In this document: positions 51,128-61,403 of the stretch, in pieces | Position numbering within the stretch: position 1 is the stretch's first letter | How the letters are laid out: every line of letters starts with the position of its first letter | Assembly (NCBI GenBank): GCA_022571215.1 | Contig: JACZYG010000009.1 | Coordinates: forward strand, 18,663 to 82,662 | Direction of reading: 5' to 3' | Origin: Fidelibacterota bacterium | Lineage (GTDB): Bacteria; Fidelibacterota; SORT01 | DNA: 64,000 nucleotides | Notes under the pieces: generated by a model | Seen by the model: only the letters and a program-made list of their open reading frames with translations | Databases searched by the model: none | What the model was told of the DNA's origin: nothing | Position numbers and translations under genes: made by a program

Positions 51128-51538
51128 ATGAGATTTCAGAAAAAACAGAAGAGCATGGAAGGTATACCGACAGCATCTATGCCGGATATCGTATTTATGC
51201 TTCTTATTTTCTTCATGGTGACCACAGTACTGAAGAAATTTGACGGACTTCCGCTTGACTTACCGCATGCCCGCAAAATTGAGAAACTTAATACGAAAAG
51301 ACACGTTTCTTATATATGGGTTTCCAAGGGTGGTATGATCAGCGTTGACGATAAAATTGTACCGGTACGAGGAGTTAGAACCGTAATTTATGAACGGTTT
51401 GTTAATGATCCGCGACTTATCGTATCTATGAAGATAGATCAGAAAGCGAATTTCGGGATTGTGAGTGATATCCATCAGGAACTCAGGGAAGCCGGAGCCT
51501 TAAGAGTAAATTATTCCTCCAAACACGGTTCGAGCTAA
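51128..51538 (+). CDS. exbD: ExbD/TolR biopolymer transporter (second paralog)
   Basis: SMPDIVFMLLIFFMVTT. Confidence 0.92.
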   Translation: MRFQKKQKSMEGIPTASMPDIVFMLLIFFMVTTVLKKFDGLPLDLPHARKIEKLNTKRHVSYIWVSKGGMISVDDKIVPVRGVRTVIYERFVNDPRLIVSMKIDQKANFGIVSDIHQELREAGALRVNYSSKHGSS

Positions 51539-52176
51539 TGGATTATAAAAAAGTCGAAGTTAGTTTGAAAACTCAATACCGAAGATTGATTGAAATCGGC
51601 TTTATGGCTTCTTTTTTACTTCTAATCACTCTTGGACTGGCATATCCGAGATTTCGTGAAAAGCGACTTAAACCTTCTCCTCCAAAGGTTGAAATTAATA
51701 TCGAGAAGGTTGATATAACACAGCAATTTGAAGCTCCTCCTCCTCCCGCGCGTCCATCAATACCGGTCGAATCGGAGAGCGATGATCTTCTTGACGATGT
51801 TACCATTGACCCTACCACCATCGATATGTTTTCTGAGATCGAGCCTCCCCCTCCTCCCGATCAGATGATCGAATTTATCCCGTATGATGAGGATCCTGTT
51901 CCAGTGGGTGGATATGAGGGTATCAAAAAACGCGCAAGATATCCGGAAATAGCGCGTGAAGCGGGAATCGAGGGAATGGTCATAGTCAGAGCATTTATCG
52001 ATGAAAAAGGGATAGTACGGGAAATGAAGATTCAGAAGGGTATCCCAAATACCGGTTTGGATGAAGCAGCGATGGAGGCTATCGGTAAAACAAGATTTAA
52101 ACCGGCAAAACAACGGGATAAACCCGTCGGTGTCTGGATTTCGATTCCGATTACATTTAAATTGACGGTAGATTAA
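51538..52176 (+). CDS. tonB: Energy transducer TonB
   Basis: N-terminal TM, Pro-rich linker, YPEIAREAGIEG.V, FKPA..PV C-terminal domain. Confidence 0.93.
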   Translation: MDYKKVEVSLKTQYRRLIEIGFMASFLLLITLGLAYPRFREKRLKPSPPKVEINIEKVDITQQFEAPPPPARPSIPVESESDDLLDDVTIDPTTIDMFSEIEPPPPPDQMIEFIPYDEDPVPVGGYEGIKKRARYPEIAREAGIEGMVIVRAFIDEKGIVREMKIQKGIPNTGLDEAAMEAIGKTRFKPAKQRDKPVGVWISIPITFKLTVD

Positions 52177-52185
52177 ATTTTAATG

Positions 52186-52218
52186 ATAGGAGTCACCGCA
52201 AAGTGGCTCCTATTTCTT
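52186..52218 (+). terminator. Rho-independent terminator after tonB
   Basis: Stem ataggagtcac/gtggctcctat followed by ttctt. Confidence 0.75.
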
Positions 52219-52353
52219 ATATCAACAATTCTTTTAAAAGCTTTTATAAATGCAGCATAAAATTAGACGCATAAGTAAAAGTATGTTGAGTTTCAGCAAA
52301 TTTAAGCTTTACCTTCATACTGCTAATTATGCTAATGATATCGGAGAATATAA

Positions 52354-53274
52354 TTGAGTTTACTTGTCGTTGGTTCTGTTGCATTTGATTCCATAGAAAC
52401 ACCTAAAGGCAAACGGGAAAAGATAATTGGCGGTTCGGCTAACTATGCATGCCTTGCGGCATCATATTTCACCTACTCTCGAATGGTGGGAGTCGTCGGT
52501 AATGACTATCCCGAAGATATAGTTCATATTATGAACAGTAAAGGCATAGATACTTCCGGTCTAAAATTTGAGGAGGGTGAGACGTTCAGCTGGGGAGGAG
52601 TATACTCGGAGGATTTCTCCGAAAGAACCACTACTTTTACCAAATTGAATGTATTCAAATCGTTTTCGCCTGAACTACTGGAATCACACGCGAAATCTAA
52701 CTACACTCTGCTCGGGAACATTCATCCTGAGATTCAGATGAAAGTTTTCGATCAACTTGAAAATCCCAAACTTGTTGCCTGTGACACCATGAATCTTTGG
52801 ATAAACACTACGCTGCCTCAACTAAAGGAAATATTAGAGAAGATAGATATTCTTCTGGTAAACGATGAAGAAGCGGCAATGCTTTCTGGAAATTCCAATC
52901 TATCAAATTCGGCATTAAAGATTCTCGAAATGGGCCCAAAATTTGTCGTCATCAAAAAGGGAGTGCATGGCGCAATAATTTTCGGAGAGGAAATTGAGTT
53001 TCATGTTCCTGCCTTCCCGGTAGATGAAGTTGTTGATCCTACCGGCGCCGGTGACACATTTGCGGGAGGATTTATGTCATACATCGCAATGGAGGACTCT
53101 ATATCGGTGGAACATCTAAAGCGGGCAATGGTTGCGGGAACTATCCTCGCCTCATTCTGCGTGGAAGATTTTGGTGTCGAACGCCTTTTGAACATCTCCG
53201 CCGAAGATATAAACAATCGGCTTTTAAATTTCAGCAAATTAACCCTGTATGATGATACCCCCTTATTGAAGTAA
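52354..53274 (+). CDS. PfkB family carbohydrate/nucleoside kinase
   Basis: VGSVAFD, GGSA, DPTGAGDTFAGG. Confidence 0.93.
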   Translation: MSLLVVGSVAFDSIETPKGKREKIIGGSANYACLAASYFTYSRMVGVVGNDYPEDIVHIMNSKGIDTSGLKFEEGETFSWGGVYSEDFSERTTTFTKLNVFKSFSPELLESHAKSNYTLLGNIHPEIQMKVFDQLENPKLVACDTMNLWINTTLPQLKEILEKIDILLVNDEEAAMLSGNSNLSNSALKILEMGPKFVVIKKGVHGAIIFGEEIEFHVPAFPVDEVVDPTGAGDTFAGGFMSYIAMEDSISVEHLKRAMVAGTILASFCVEDFGVERLLNISAEDINNRLLNFSKLTLYDDTPLLK

Positions 53275-53314
53275 CCTCGACTATTTTGACACTTCGCTTC
53301 TTTACGAATCCGGT

Positions 53315-54355
53315 ATGAATATGAATCGTCCACCAACGATTGAATGGAAAGACGAAAAAGTATTCATGATAGACCAAACGCTGCTTCCGGGCGAATTAAA
53401 AATTCTTGAAATTGCCGATCACCGATTAATTGCCGAAGCAATACAGTCTCTTACAATCAGGGGAGCTCCGGCAATTGGAATCGCCGGAGCCTACGGATTG
53501 GTTCTTGCCGCGAATCAGTACGGCGGAAATGACATTGATGAATTCACCGCTCAAATTCAAGACGCCGCAAAATTATTGGTTTCCACCCGTCCGACCGCTG
53601 TGAATTTGGGTTGGGCAATAGCTAAACTTTTGAACAAGGTCAAAGAAAAGAACGATATTAACGAGATTCGTTCGCTTTTGTTGGCTGAAGCCAACTCGAT
53701 TCTTGAAGAAGATTATATTTCATGTAGAAAAATGGGTCGGTACGGCGCAAGCTTGCTACCTGAATCAGCAACCGGGTTAACCCATTGCAACGCGGGCGGT
53801 CTTGCAACGGGGAATTACGGCACCGCGCTCGGAGTGATATTTTCAGCAGTTGAATCAGGAAAAAATATCAAAATGTATGTTGATGAAACCCGTCCTCTGC
53901 TACAGGGCGCTCGGCTTACAACATGGGAATTACAGCAGGCGGACATAGATACAATCCTGATTACCGATAATATGGCCGGCCATGTCATGGCAAACGGCAA
54001 TATTGACTTTGTTATCGTAGGCGCTGACCGTATTGCGGATAACGGCGATGTGGCCAATAAGATCGGTACTTACTCTATTGCCGTATTGGCTGATTACCAC
54101 AAAATACCTTTCTATGTCGCTGCGCCCGTCTCTACCATAGATTTTGATACCAAAACAGGTGATGATATCCCTATTGAAGAGAGAGATCCTTTGGAAGTCA
54201 CGCATGGATTCGGGATACCGACAGCGCCCGATGGAACAAAAGTTTATTCACCCGCTTTTGACGTTACACCGAACTCTCTTGTCACGTCGATAATTACGGA
54301 TAGAGGCATATTTACCGCACCCTACAAAAGTCTAAGAGATAAAATCCTTGACTAA
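53315..54355 (+). CDS. mtnA: Methylthioribose-1-phosphate isomerase
   Basis: IRGAPAIG, TRPTAVNL, THCNAG.LAT, ETRPLLQGARLT, GADRI..NKIGTY. Confidence 0.97.
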   Translation: MNMNRPPTIEWKDEKVFMIDQTLLPGELKILEIADHRLIAEAIQSLTIRGAPAIGIAGAYGLVLAANQYGGNDIDEFTAQIQDAAKLLVSTRPTAVNLGWAIAKLLNKVKEKNDINEIRSLLLAEANSILEEDYISCRKMGRYGASLLPESATGLTHCNAGGLATGNYGTALGVIFSAVESGKNIKMYVDETRPLLQGARLTTWELQQADIDTILITDNMAGHVMANGNIDFVIVGADRIADNGDVANKIGTYSIAVLADYHKIPFYVAAPVSTIDFDTKTGDDIPIEERDPLEVTHGFGIPTAPDGTKVYSPAFDVTPNSLVTSIITDRGIFTAPYKSLRDKILD

Positions 54356-54376
54356 AAATAATTTTTAAGTTAAAAT
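54348..54376 (+). promoter_or_regulatory. Putative promoter for the TPR lipoprotein
   Basis: TTGACT-17 bp-TAAAAT. Confidence 0.5.
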
Positions 54377-54410
54377 TTCAAATGAATATTATTAACACCG
54401 GGAATAAAAC

Positions 54411-55469
54411 ATGAAATCAAAAATTACACTTATCTTCTTCATCAGTATTCTATCTTTAGGTTCCTATTGGATAGCCTGCGATAGTACTGAGATGATGTCC
54501 GCAAAAGTTTACATGCAAGAAAATAATCTTGAAAAAGCTGAAGAACAGGCGCTCTTAGCCGTTGAAAATGAGCCGTTGAATCCCTTTCCTTCATATTGGA
54601 TCGGTTTAAACGTATACGCCAATCAAAAGAGATGGGAAGAATTGACAAAAATGTTTGATCTTTCTCTTTCCATTTCAGACAAGTTTACCAATGAAATAGC
54701 AAATGAACTTGAGCGTCATTGGGTGGACGAATTTAATAGGGGCGCGAATACGTTTAACGTTGTGCTAAATCAAGAATCTTCCAATCCTGATTCTACGCTT
54801 GAGATCGCCCTGGCTTCCTTCTCGAACGCTGTAATATTGATTCCTGATAGAGCGCAAACATACGCCAGTATCGCTTCTATATATCTTCACAATAAAAATC
54901 TTGACAAAGCGAAGGAATACCTGATAAAATCAACGGAATTTGATCCTTCTGATACAAAGACGTTATTGAATTTATCCATAGTATATTCTAAAGAAGAAAA
55001 CTTTGAGGATGCAAACAAAAGGCTTAAAGATATACTCGAAATTGAACCGGGGAATCTAAGCGCTCTCCAGATGCTGGCGCAAAATTTGGACGCCACCGGA
55101 AATACCGAAGAAGCAGAGGTCGTGTATCTGAAAGCTCTTGATGCTGATCCGGATAATGCAAATTTGGTGTATAACTTGGGAGTTATCTATCTCAGGGCTG
55201 ATGAGTATGAGAAAGCCGAAAAGATGTTCATCAGAAGTCTTGCCCTAAATCCTGATGATTGTGATGCCATCTCGAATGTATCGGTTATTTACTCCAAAAT
55301 GGATGGTAAATTAGAGGATGCTGCGGAATACCTTTTGAAAGCCACTGATTGCGACCCCACAGAATTTCTTTACTGGAGACAGCTTGTGGGTATATACATG
55401 AAGATGGGTAAACCCGATAAAGCGCAAGGTGCTTTGAACAAAGCAAAAAAGTTAGGATATAAACCTTAA
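54411..55469 (+). CDS. TPR-repeat lipoprotein
   Basis: Signal peptide ending WIA-C; several TPRs (YNLGVIY..ALNP). Confidence 0.85.
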   Translation: MKSKITLIFFISILSLGSYWIACDSTEMMSAKVYMQENNLEKAEEQALLAVENEPLNPFPSYWIGLNVYANQKRWEELTKMFDLSLSISDKFTNEIANELERHWVDEFNRGANTFNVVLNQESSNPDSTLEIALASFSNAVILIPDRAQTYASIASIYLHNKNLDKAKEYLIKSTEFDPSDTKTLLNLSIVYSKEENFEDANKRLKDILEIEPGNLSALQMLAQNLDATGNTEEAEVVYLKALDADPDNANLVYNLGVIYLRADEYEKAEKMFIRSLALNPDDCDAISNVSVIYSKMDGKLEDAAEYLLKATDCDPTEFLYWRQLVGIYMKMGKPDKAQGALNKAKKLGYKP

Positions 55470-55497
55470 TATAATTATTACTCTTTAATAGCAATAT

Positions 55498-55531
55498 GAA
55501 AATGCCTTTCACTCAAGTGAGGGGCATTTTC
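55498..55531. terminator. Bidirectional terminator between convergent genes
   Basis: gaaaatgcctttcac-tcaa-gtgaggggcattttc hairpin. Confidence 0.8.
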
Positions 55532-55536
55532 GTTTC

Positions 55537-56433
55537 TCACCCGCCTACCTTTTTCCTCATAATTAAGAAATCAGCTAGCGCTTTCGCTAAATTCGACGAA
55601 GAACTCATCTGGTAATAATCTATATTATTCTGTAAACATCCATATTTGTATTCGTCCAAGAACTCCTGCATCTTTTGTTTATAATCGCTTTTAATATGCC
55701 ATGGATCCGCATTCAGACTTTCTCCTGTTTCCATATCTTTGAACAGGGCTTCACGGGGGAAATCAAAGCTTATCTCGGCAGGATCGAGTATTTGAAAGAC
55801 GATTACTTCATGATCTTTATATCTGAAGTGTTTTAAACTGTTCAACACTCGTTCCGGATCATCCATCAAATCGGAAAGGATTATAATCAATCCACGCCGA
55901 TGAATCCTTTCAGCGAGTTCATGAAAATTCGTAGCTAGATCCGTCTTCCCACCCGATTTAACGTCATCGAGCCGTTCGAGCAATAATTTTAAATGTGTCG
56001 AGCGGGAGCTTGGCGGAAGATATGAACGGATCTTTTCATCCACTATGCATAGACCAACGGCATCCCTCTGCTTTAGCATCAGGTACGCAAGTGAAGCTGC
56101 TATATACGAGGCAAATTCGAGCTTGCTTACTCCACCTGACGAATAGTTCATCGAAGCGCTGGAATCAAGCAATATATACGCTTTCAGGTTAGTTTCTTCT
56201 TCAAACTGCTTGATATAGACTCGGTCTGTTTTACCGAATAATTTCCAATCAATATGCTTCGGTTCATCACCGGGCATATATTGCCTGTGCTCTGAAAACT
56301 CTACGCTGAATCCATGATATGGACTCCGATGCAGTCCCGTAATAAACCCCTCGACTATCATCCGAGCTCTGATGTACATATTTTTAACAGTGGCAAGCGC
56401 TACCGGATCTAAGTATTTCAATCGGTCGGACAT
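55537..56433 (-). CDS. DUF58 (vWA-like) MoxR partner
   Basis: GLHRSPYHGFSVEFSEHRQYMPGDE..IDWK, DSSASM, ILSD. Confidence 0.94.
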   Translation of the reverse strand: MSDRLKYLDPVALATVKNMYIRARMIVEGFITGLHRSPYHGFSVEFSEHRQYMPGDEPKHIDWKLFGKTDRVYIKQFEEETNLKAYILLDSSASMNYSSGGVSKLEFASYIAASLAYLMLKQRDAVGLCIVDEKIRSYLPPSSRSTHLKLLLERLDDVKSGGKTDLATNFHELAERIHRRGLIIILSDLMDDPERVLNSLKHFRYKDHEVIVFQILDPAEISFDFPREALFKDMETGESLNADPWHIKSDYKQKMQEFLDEYKYGCLQNNIDYYQMSSSSNLAKALADFLIMRKKVGG

Positions 56434-56445
56434 TTCTTGCTATTA

Positions 56446-57447
56446 TTAAAGAGTTTGTTCTTCGATAAGCTCGTCAATCAGGGAGTCTACCGTCACTCCT
56501 TCTGCCTCAGCCGTAAAACTCATGACAATCCGATGCCTCAAAATGGGTTTTGCGATCGCGTTTACATCTTCTATGGCAGGAGTAGTTCTGCTGTCGAGCA
56601 AAGCCTTCACCTTTGCACCAAGAATCATATACTGAGAGGCGCGGGGACCCGCGCCCCATTCGACCATCTTACTTACCTTCGCATGCGCTCCGTTCATATT
56701 CGGCCTGGTCATAGAAACGAGATTTACCGCATGCTCAATGACGTTATCAGCGACAGGCACCCTCAGAACAAGAGATTGAAATGTCTTTATCTGTTCCTTT
56801 GTCATCACAATCTCTGGCTTTCGTCTAACGGAACCGGTTGTTGCTTTTACTATATCTATTTCCTCTTCTTTTGAGGGATATTCTATTCTTAGATTGAACA
56901 TGAATCGGTCTAACTGTGCCTCGGGAAGCGGGTAGGTACCTTCCTGCTCTATCGGGTTTTGCGTCGCGAGGACAAAGAACGGCTCGTCAAGCGGCATAGA
57001 CTTTCCTGCCGCTGTCACCTGATGCTCTTGCATTGCTTCAAGGAGCGCTGCTTGTGTCTTGGGAGGTGTTCTGTTTATCTCATCGGCAAGCAGAATATTG
57101 GCAAAAACAGGTCCTTTTACAAAATGAAATTCCCTTTTGCCGGTATCAATATTTTGTTCAAGCAGTTCCGTACCCGTTATATCAGATGGCATGAGGTCAG
57201 GGGTGAACTGTATCCTGCTGAATGAAAGGTCCAATACCTCCGAAATAGTCTTTATCAAAAGTGTCTTTGCGAGTCCGGGTACGCCGACAAGAAGGCAATG
57301 TCCCTTCGATAATAACGATAAGAGTACACCTGTAATTATATCAGTTTGACCGATAATGACCTTTCCTACCTCTTCAAGAATGTTCTTATACGAATCTTGA
57401 AGCTGTTCGGCTAATTCCACATCGGATATTTTATCTTTAGTTGTCAA
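56446..57447 (-). CDS. moxR: MoxR family AAA+ ATPase
   Basis: GVPGLAKT, RIQFTPDLMPSD, DEINRTPPKTQ, ATQNPIEQEGTYPLPEAQLDRF. Confidence 0.96.
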   Translation of the reverse strand: MTTKDKISDVELAEQLQDSYKNILEEVGKVIIGQTDIITGVLLSLLSKGHCLLVGVPGLAKTLLIKTISEVLDLSFSRIQFTPDLMPSDITGTELLEQNIDTGKREFHFVKGPVFANILLADEINRTPPKTQAALLEAMQEHQVTAAGKSMPLDEPFFVLATQNPIEQEGTYPLPEAQLDRFMFNLRIEYPSKEEEIDIVKATTGSVRRKPEIVMTKEQIKTFQSLVLRVPVADNVIEHAVNLVSMTRPNMNGAHAKVSKMVEWGAGPRASQYMILGAKVKALLDSRTTPAIEDVNAIAKPILRHRIVMSFTAEAEGVTVDSLIDELIEEQTL

Positions 57448-57491
57448 TTAAATTCCTCATTTTCGTGATCGTGTCTTTCTAAAGAGAAAGA

Positions 57492-57520
57492 AAGTTAACG
57501 GCACATCGTAGTAATGTCAA
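57492..57520 (-). promoter_or_regulatory. Putative promoter for moxR
   Basis: TTGACA-17 bp-TAACTT on the minus strand. Confidence 0.5.
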
Positions 57521-57645
57521 CCGCTATGTTATTAAGAAAAGCTTTAGGGAAACAGTATGATTTTAAGTGAGAGCTTACTGTATTGAACACCGACTTTAAG
57601 ACTATCCATACGCTTTTTGACAGCTTAGAATTGCTTAAATTGGTT

Positions 57646-58140
57646 CTAAGCGAACCAGTTTTTTCCTTTTGGACCTAACTTTTCAGCGCCGATATACTGC
57701 CTTACCACATTTGCCACAACGTCTTGAAGCTCCGATATCATTTTTTCTCTACCAACTTCAACATCATGCTTATATAACGCTAATTCAATCGCCACTTTCA
57801 GTTCTGTAACTTCAAAAGGTTTAACTATATAGCCGTATGGATTTGTTTTCTTAACTTTTTCAATAGTATCATCATCGGTCCGTCCCGTCAAATAGATCAC
57901 CGGAACATCAAATTTGGTTAGAATTTCCTTTGTAGTCTGAATGCCGTCCATATCACCCAATAATTCAATATCCATTAGAATAATATCAGGTAAATTTTTC
58001 CTAACTGATGCGACTGCGTCCGTGCCATTTGTAACTGTCCCTGCCACTTTATAACTCAGTTGCTGTAACGCTAAGGACAATGTCTCGGATATGGCTTCAT
58101 CGTCTTCAACTATTAGTACTGACGTTGTCTCTGATTCCAT
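57646..58140 (-). CDS. Single-domain response regulator with helical tail
   Basis: LIVEDD, ILMDI, YLT, VKPF; no output domain. Confidence 0.92.
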   Translation of the reverse strand: MESETTSVLIVEDDEAISETLSLALQQLSYKVAGTVTNGTDAVASVRKNLPDIILMDIELLGDMDGIQTTKEILTKFDVPVIYLTGRTDDDTIEKVKKTNPYGYIVKPFEVTELKVAIELALYKHDVEVGREKMISELQDVVANVVRQYIGAEKLGPKGKNWFA

Positions 58141-58271
58141 TTTGACCTCAAAATTCCTTACGTTTCTTTCTTGCTGATTCCATCTAAAATTTCACTTTTC
58201 ATGCCCAATGACTACCTGAATATTATTATCGCTCCTTTTTCAAATTTCACTACTCATTCCTCTATAGAATT

Positions 58272-59420
58272 TTATTTTCTTCGATTTAACACTATCATTA
58301 CACCGAACAGGATCAACGACACTATTCCGGTGTAACCGAAGACTTGAACCAACCCGATACTCTCGACCAACGGTTGCGTGACGATAGGAGTCATAAATTG
58401 AGCCAAAAATATAAAAGTGGTGAGCCCGCTTATAGCCCTCCCTCTTATGTCGGGAGAAATTACGGAAGCAAGCCATACATTGAGAGTAGGCGGGAATAAG
58501 CCTAATGATACTCCTCCAAACAGCATGCTGAACAAAATGACCGAATAATTAGTAGACATTGCTACGATCAGGTGATTTATACCGATGGATAAAAATATCA
58601 GCGCAAACATCAACTGAAATGATAATAATGCCTTTATCTTGCTGTAATTAATTGAGATAATAATCGCTATCGGGGTTTGAAAAGCTAGAAACAGACCTAC
58701 CTGAGTGTTACTTAGCCCCAATTGACTCTTAAGTAAAAACGGGAGTTGGACCGGGAAGATAAAAATAAATAACATAGATACGAAACCAAGCGCATAAATG
58801 CCAAATATCGGCTTATATCTAACTTCAATTCCGATTTCACTATTTATTTCTAATTTTGGCGTAGCCGGAATTTTCGGTTCGGATATAAAGAATATTATTC
58901 CGGGAAGTATTAGTAGTCCGAATAGGTGGATCAGAAACGGGTATTTCCATCCGATATCCGCAAGAACACCTGATATTGACAGCGTGAACAATCCTCCAAT
59001 GGCAAGAAATGCGCCTTGATATCCCATATATTTTTCGAGCTCTTTTCCGTGAAAATAATCAATCAAGAGAGTAGTTATTCCGCTGATTGTTCCCGCAACA
59101 GCTAATCCCAATACGACCCTGCTCAGCAACAAAATGTATAATGAATCGATTATGAACCCGGATGTACCGGCTAAAACGTAAATTATCAATCCTAATATCA
59201 GAATGGGCTTCCTGCCCCATTTATCCAACAGATAGCCGAAAAAGAATGCGGTCAACGCGATGGCAAGTGACGGGATCGTCAGGACCAGTTTTACAAGAAA
59301 TTCCGAATTAGGCACATTTCGGAAATAAACACTCATATCAGGTATAGCGGTAGCTATCCCCACAGCCGAAATGACGGAGATGATACTTCCAAGGAGGAGA
59401 GTAAGGTTACGTAATTTCAT
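58272..59420 (-). CDS. MFS transporter
   Basis: About 12 TM; motif A GYLLDKWGRK. Confidence 0.92.
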   Translation of the reverse strand: MKLRNLTLLLGSIISVISAVGIATAIPDMSVYFRNVPNSEFLVKLVLTIPSLAIALTAFFFGYLLDKWGRKPILILGLIIYVLAGTSGFIIDSLYILLLSRVVLGLAVAGTISGITTLLIDYFHGKELEKYMGYQGAFLAIGGLFTLSISGVLADIGWKYPFLIHLFGLLILPGIIFFISEPKIPATPKLEINSEIGIEVRYKPIFGIYALGFVSMLFIFIFPVQLPFLLKSQLGLSNTQVGLFLAFQTPIAIIISINYSKIKALLSFQLMFALIFLSIGINHLIVAMSTNYSVILFSMLFGGVSLGLFPPTLNVWLASVISPDIRGRAISGLTTFIFLAQFMTPIVTQPLVESIGLVQVFGYTGIVSLILFGVMIVLNRRK

Positions 59421-59492
59421 TATCTCCGATTTCGAGCTCTAATTCTAATGTTGTTTTACTACTCTCTTTGCTTTGAGAAAATCAGTTTTTAA

Positions 59493-60059
59493 CTATTTGA
59501 TACTCGTGATTCCGAGAAAAAGTGTGAGATTGTTTTTTAAATCCTGTATATCCTCTTGAATTATTTCCAATCCATATATTTCCGCGCATGATTTCGCTGC
59601 TATTACCGCAACCGAGTCAGGTAATTTCCCATCTGTTAACCGCCGGGCTGATTCAGCTGTGTCGTCTGCTTCCACAAGTGGTCTTGTCCAGAAATGCTCC
59701 GCTAAAAAATCCTTGCACTGTCTTAAAGCCTGTGGATGAGAGTGTATTTCGGTAATATTTCCCATAAGCGTTCCAGGTTTTACAAGGAGATTTTGACTTA
59801 TTGGAACGTAAAACATTTCCACAATTTCGCATTTATGTCCTGCAAGCGCATTTATACTCTCAATCACTACACCGCCTTTTGCGTTTTCCATGGCAAATAC
59901 GCCAAATTCGACACTCTTTTTTTCTACTGTGGCAAGAACCTCTTCTGACGAAATAAGGTACTCTAAGTCATATGGCTCAATGCCGTTATTGCTCGCAAAT
60001 ATATGTGCGGCTTCTTCTGAAAAACTTCCCTTTCCGCCCATCACTCCTATCAGAGACAA
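59493..60059 (-). CDS. Prephenate dehydratase catalytic domain (no ACT domain)
   Basis: GGKGSFSEEAA, MENAKGGVV, SHPQALRQC, DTAESA, IQD..NNLTLF. Confidence 0.85.
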   Translation of the reverse strand: MSLIGVMGGKGSFSEEAAHIFASNNGIEPYDLEYLISSEEVLATVEKKSVEFGVFAMENAKGGVVIESINALAGHKCEIVEMFYVPISQNLLVKPGTLMGNITEIHSHPQALRQCKDFLAEHFWTRPLVEADDTAESARRLTDGKLPDSVAVIAAKSCAEIYGLEIIQEDIQDLKNNLTLFLGITSIK

Positions 60060-60284
60060 TCTTATACTCCTATTTAAACTATTCGTTCTAAATTATTTCC
60101 TATCCAATTCTTCTCTAACCGCTTTTCCAAGCTGAAAGCAAATGTATAATGGCTTTATCACGGTATCAACCAGAATGTTTCTTGAAATCCAAATTTTTTT
60201 AAATTAATAATACGTTTAATTCCTAATAAAATGCTTATATTTTCATCCTGATTTTATGGATAGTGAACACAGAGAATATTATAA

Positions 60285-61316
60285 GTGAAAATAGCATTAT
60301 TAGGATTACCCCAATCAGGAAAGCGAACCTTGTTCTCTCTTCTTACCGGCAGAGAAACGATAACGGGACAAGTTACAGAACATATAGAAGGAATAGCCCC
60401 CGTTAGAGATCCGCGTGTCGATAAAATTTCGGAAATTGAAAAACCTGAAAAAATCACATACGCGGAAACAGAAATAAAACTCTGTCCTGATATTGATCCC
60501 GGTAGCGGAAGCAACCTCTGGATTGAGCCGGCCAAATTAAGTGACCTCCTTTGTATTCTTATTAGAGACTTTTCTTCGGAGGAAGTTTATCATCCCTCCG
60601 GCTCTGTAAATTCTGAAAGAGACAGAAATAATATAGAAACGGAATTACTGATCGCAGACCTCTCCTTGATTGAAAAACGTCTTGAGAAAATTGCTAAAGA
60701 CAGGAAAAAATTAAAACCGACTCATACTCAACTCCTGGAAGAGAATACTATCAGAAAATTTCAGACAAAGCTCGAAGATAACCTTTTTCTTAATTCCCTT
60801 GAACTGGACGAGGAAGAATATGCTTCGGTAAACAGCTTAAACTTTCTCACTTTAAAACCGGTTCTTTGGTGTCTGAATGTAGATGAAGATAAGGTCGCTG
60901 AGGTCAATGATGATAATATTTTCAGGGTTTCCGCGCTGATAGAAAAAGAGATTGCCGCCATCAGCGAACCGACAGAACGTTCCGCGTTTCTCAATGATCT
61001 GGGATTAAGCGAATCCGGTGTCAACCGCTTAAATTCCATTGCTTATGATCTGTTAGGACTAATGTCATTTTACACTATGGGTGAAGATGAAACCCGGGCA
61101 TGGACCATCAGGAAAAACACTTTGGCTCCGGTTGCGGGAGGAAAGATTCATACCGATATTGAAAGAGGGTTTATCCGTGTGGAGGTAATTAAGTTCGACG
61201 ATCTACTCAATGCCGGGAGCGAAAAAGCCGTGAAGGCTTCAGGAAAAGCTCTGCTGAAGGGTAAAGATTATATCATTGAAGACGGTGATATATGTAATTT
61301 CCGGTTTAATGTTTGA
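60285..61316 (+). CDS. Divergent YchF-family protein (second paralog)
   Basis: GLPQSGKRT, VRDPRVD, ELLIADL..EKRL, TLKP, SFYT..RAWT..GKIHTDIERGFIR TGS domain. Confidence 0.88.
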   Translation: MKIALLGLPQSGKRTLFSLLTGRETITGQVTEHIEGIAPVRDPRVDKISEIEKPEKITYAETEIKLCPDIDPGSGSNLWIEPAKLSDLLCILIRDFSSEEVYHPSGSVNSERDRNNIETELLIADLSLIEKRLEKIAKDRKKLKPTHTQLLEENTIRKFQTKLEDNLFLNSLELDEEEYASVNSLNFLTLKPVLWCLNVDEDKVAEVNDDNIFRVSALIEKEIAAISEPTERSAFLNDLGLSESGVNRLNSIAYDLLGLMSFYTMGEDETRAWTIRKNTLAPVAGGKIHTDIERGFIRVEVIKFDDLLNAGSEKAVKASGKALLKGKDYIIEDGDICNFRFNV

Positions 61317-61349
61317 ATCTGAAATTAGACAACGGTCAGCATAAATCAA

Positions 61350-61375
61350 TAACCCCTGGATTAATCCAGGGGTTA
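61350..61375. terminator. Perfect 26-bp palindrome (REP-like; possible bidirectional terminator)
   Basis: taacccctggattaatccaggggtta between convergent genes. Confidence 0.65.
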
Positions 61376-61403
61376 CTGAGATTACCAATGTCTCATGAAG
61401 CTG

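Noticed and set aside
50055-52176. Duplicated exbD as a novelty
   Set aside because: exbB-exbD-exbD-tonB is a common arrangement in FCB bacteria.
55537-57447. moxR-DUF58 without downstream vWA/Bat genes
   Set aside because: Split MoxR operons are common and the partners are probably elsewhere.
58190-58210. Sigma54-like GGGCATGAAAAGTGAA upstream of the response regulator
   Set aside because: The -12 element reads GA instead of the near-invariant GC, which is too weak to call.
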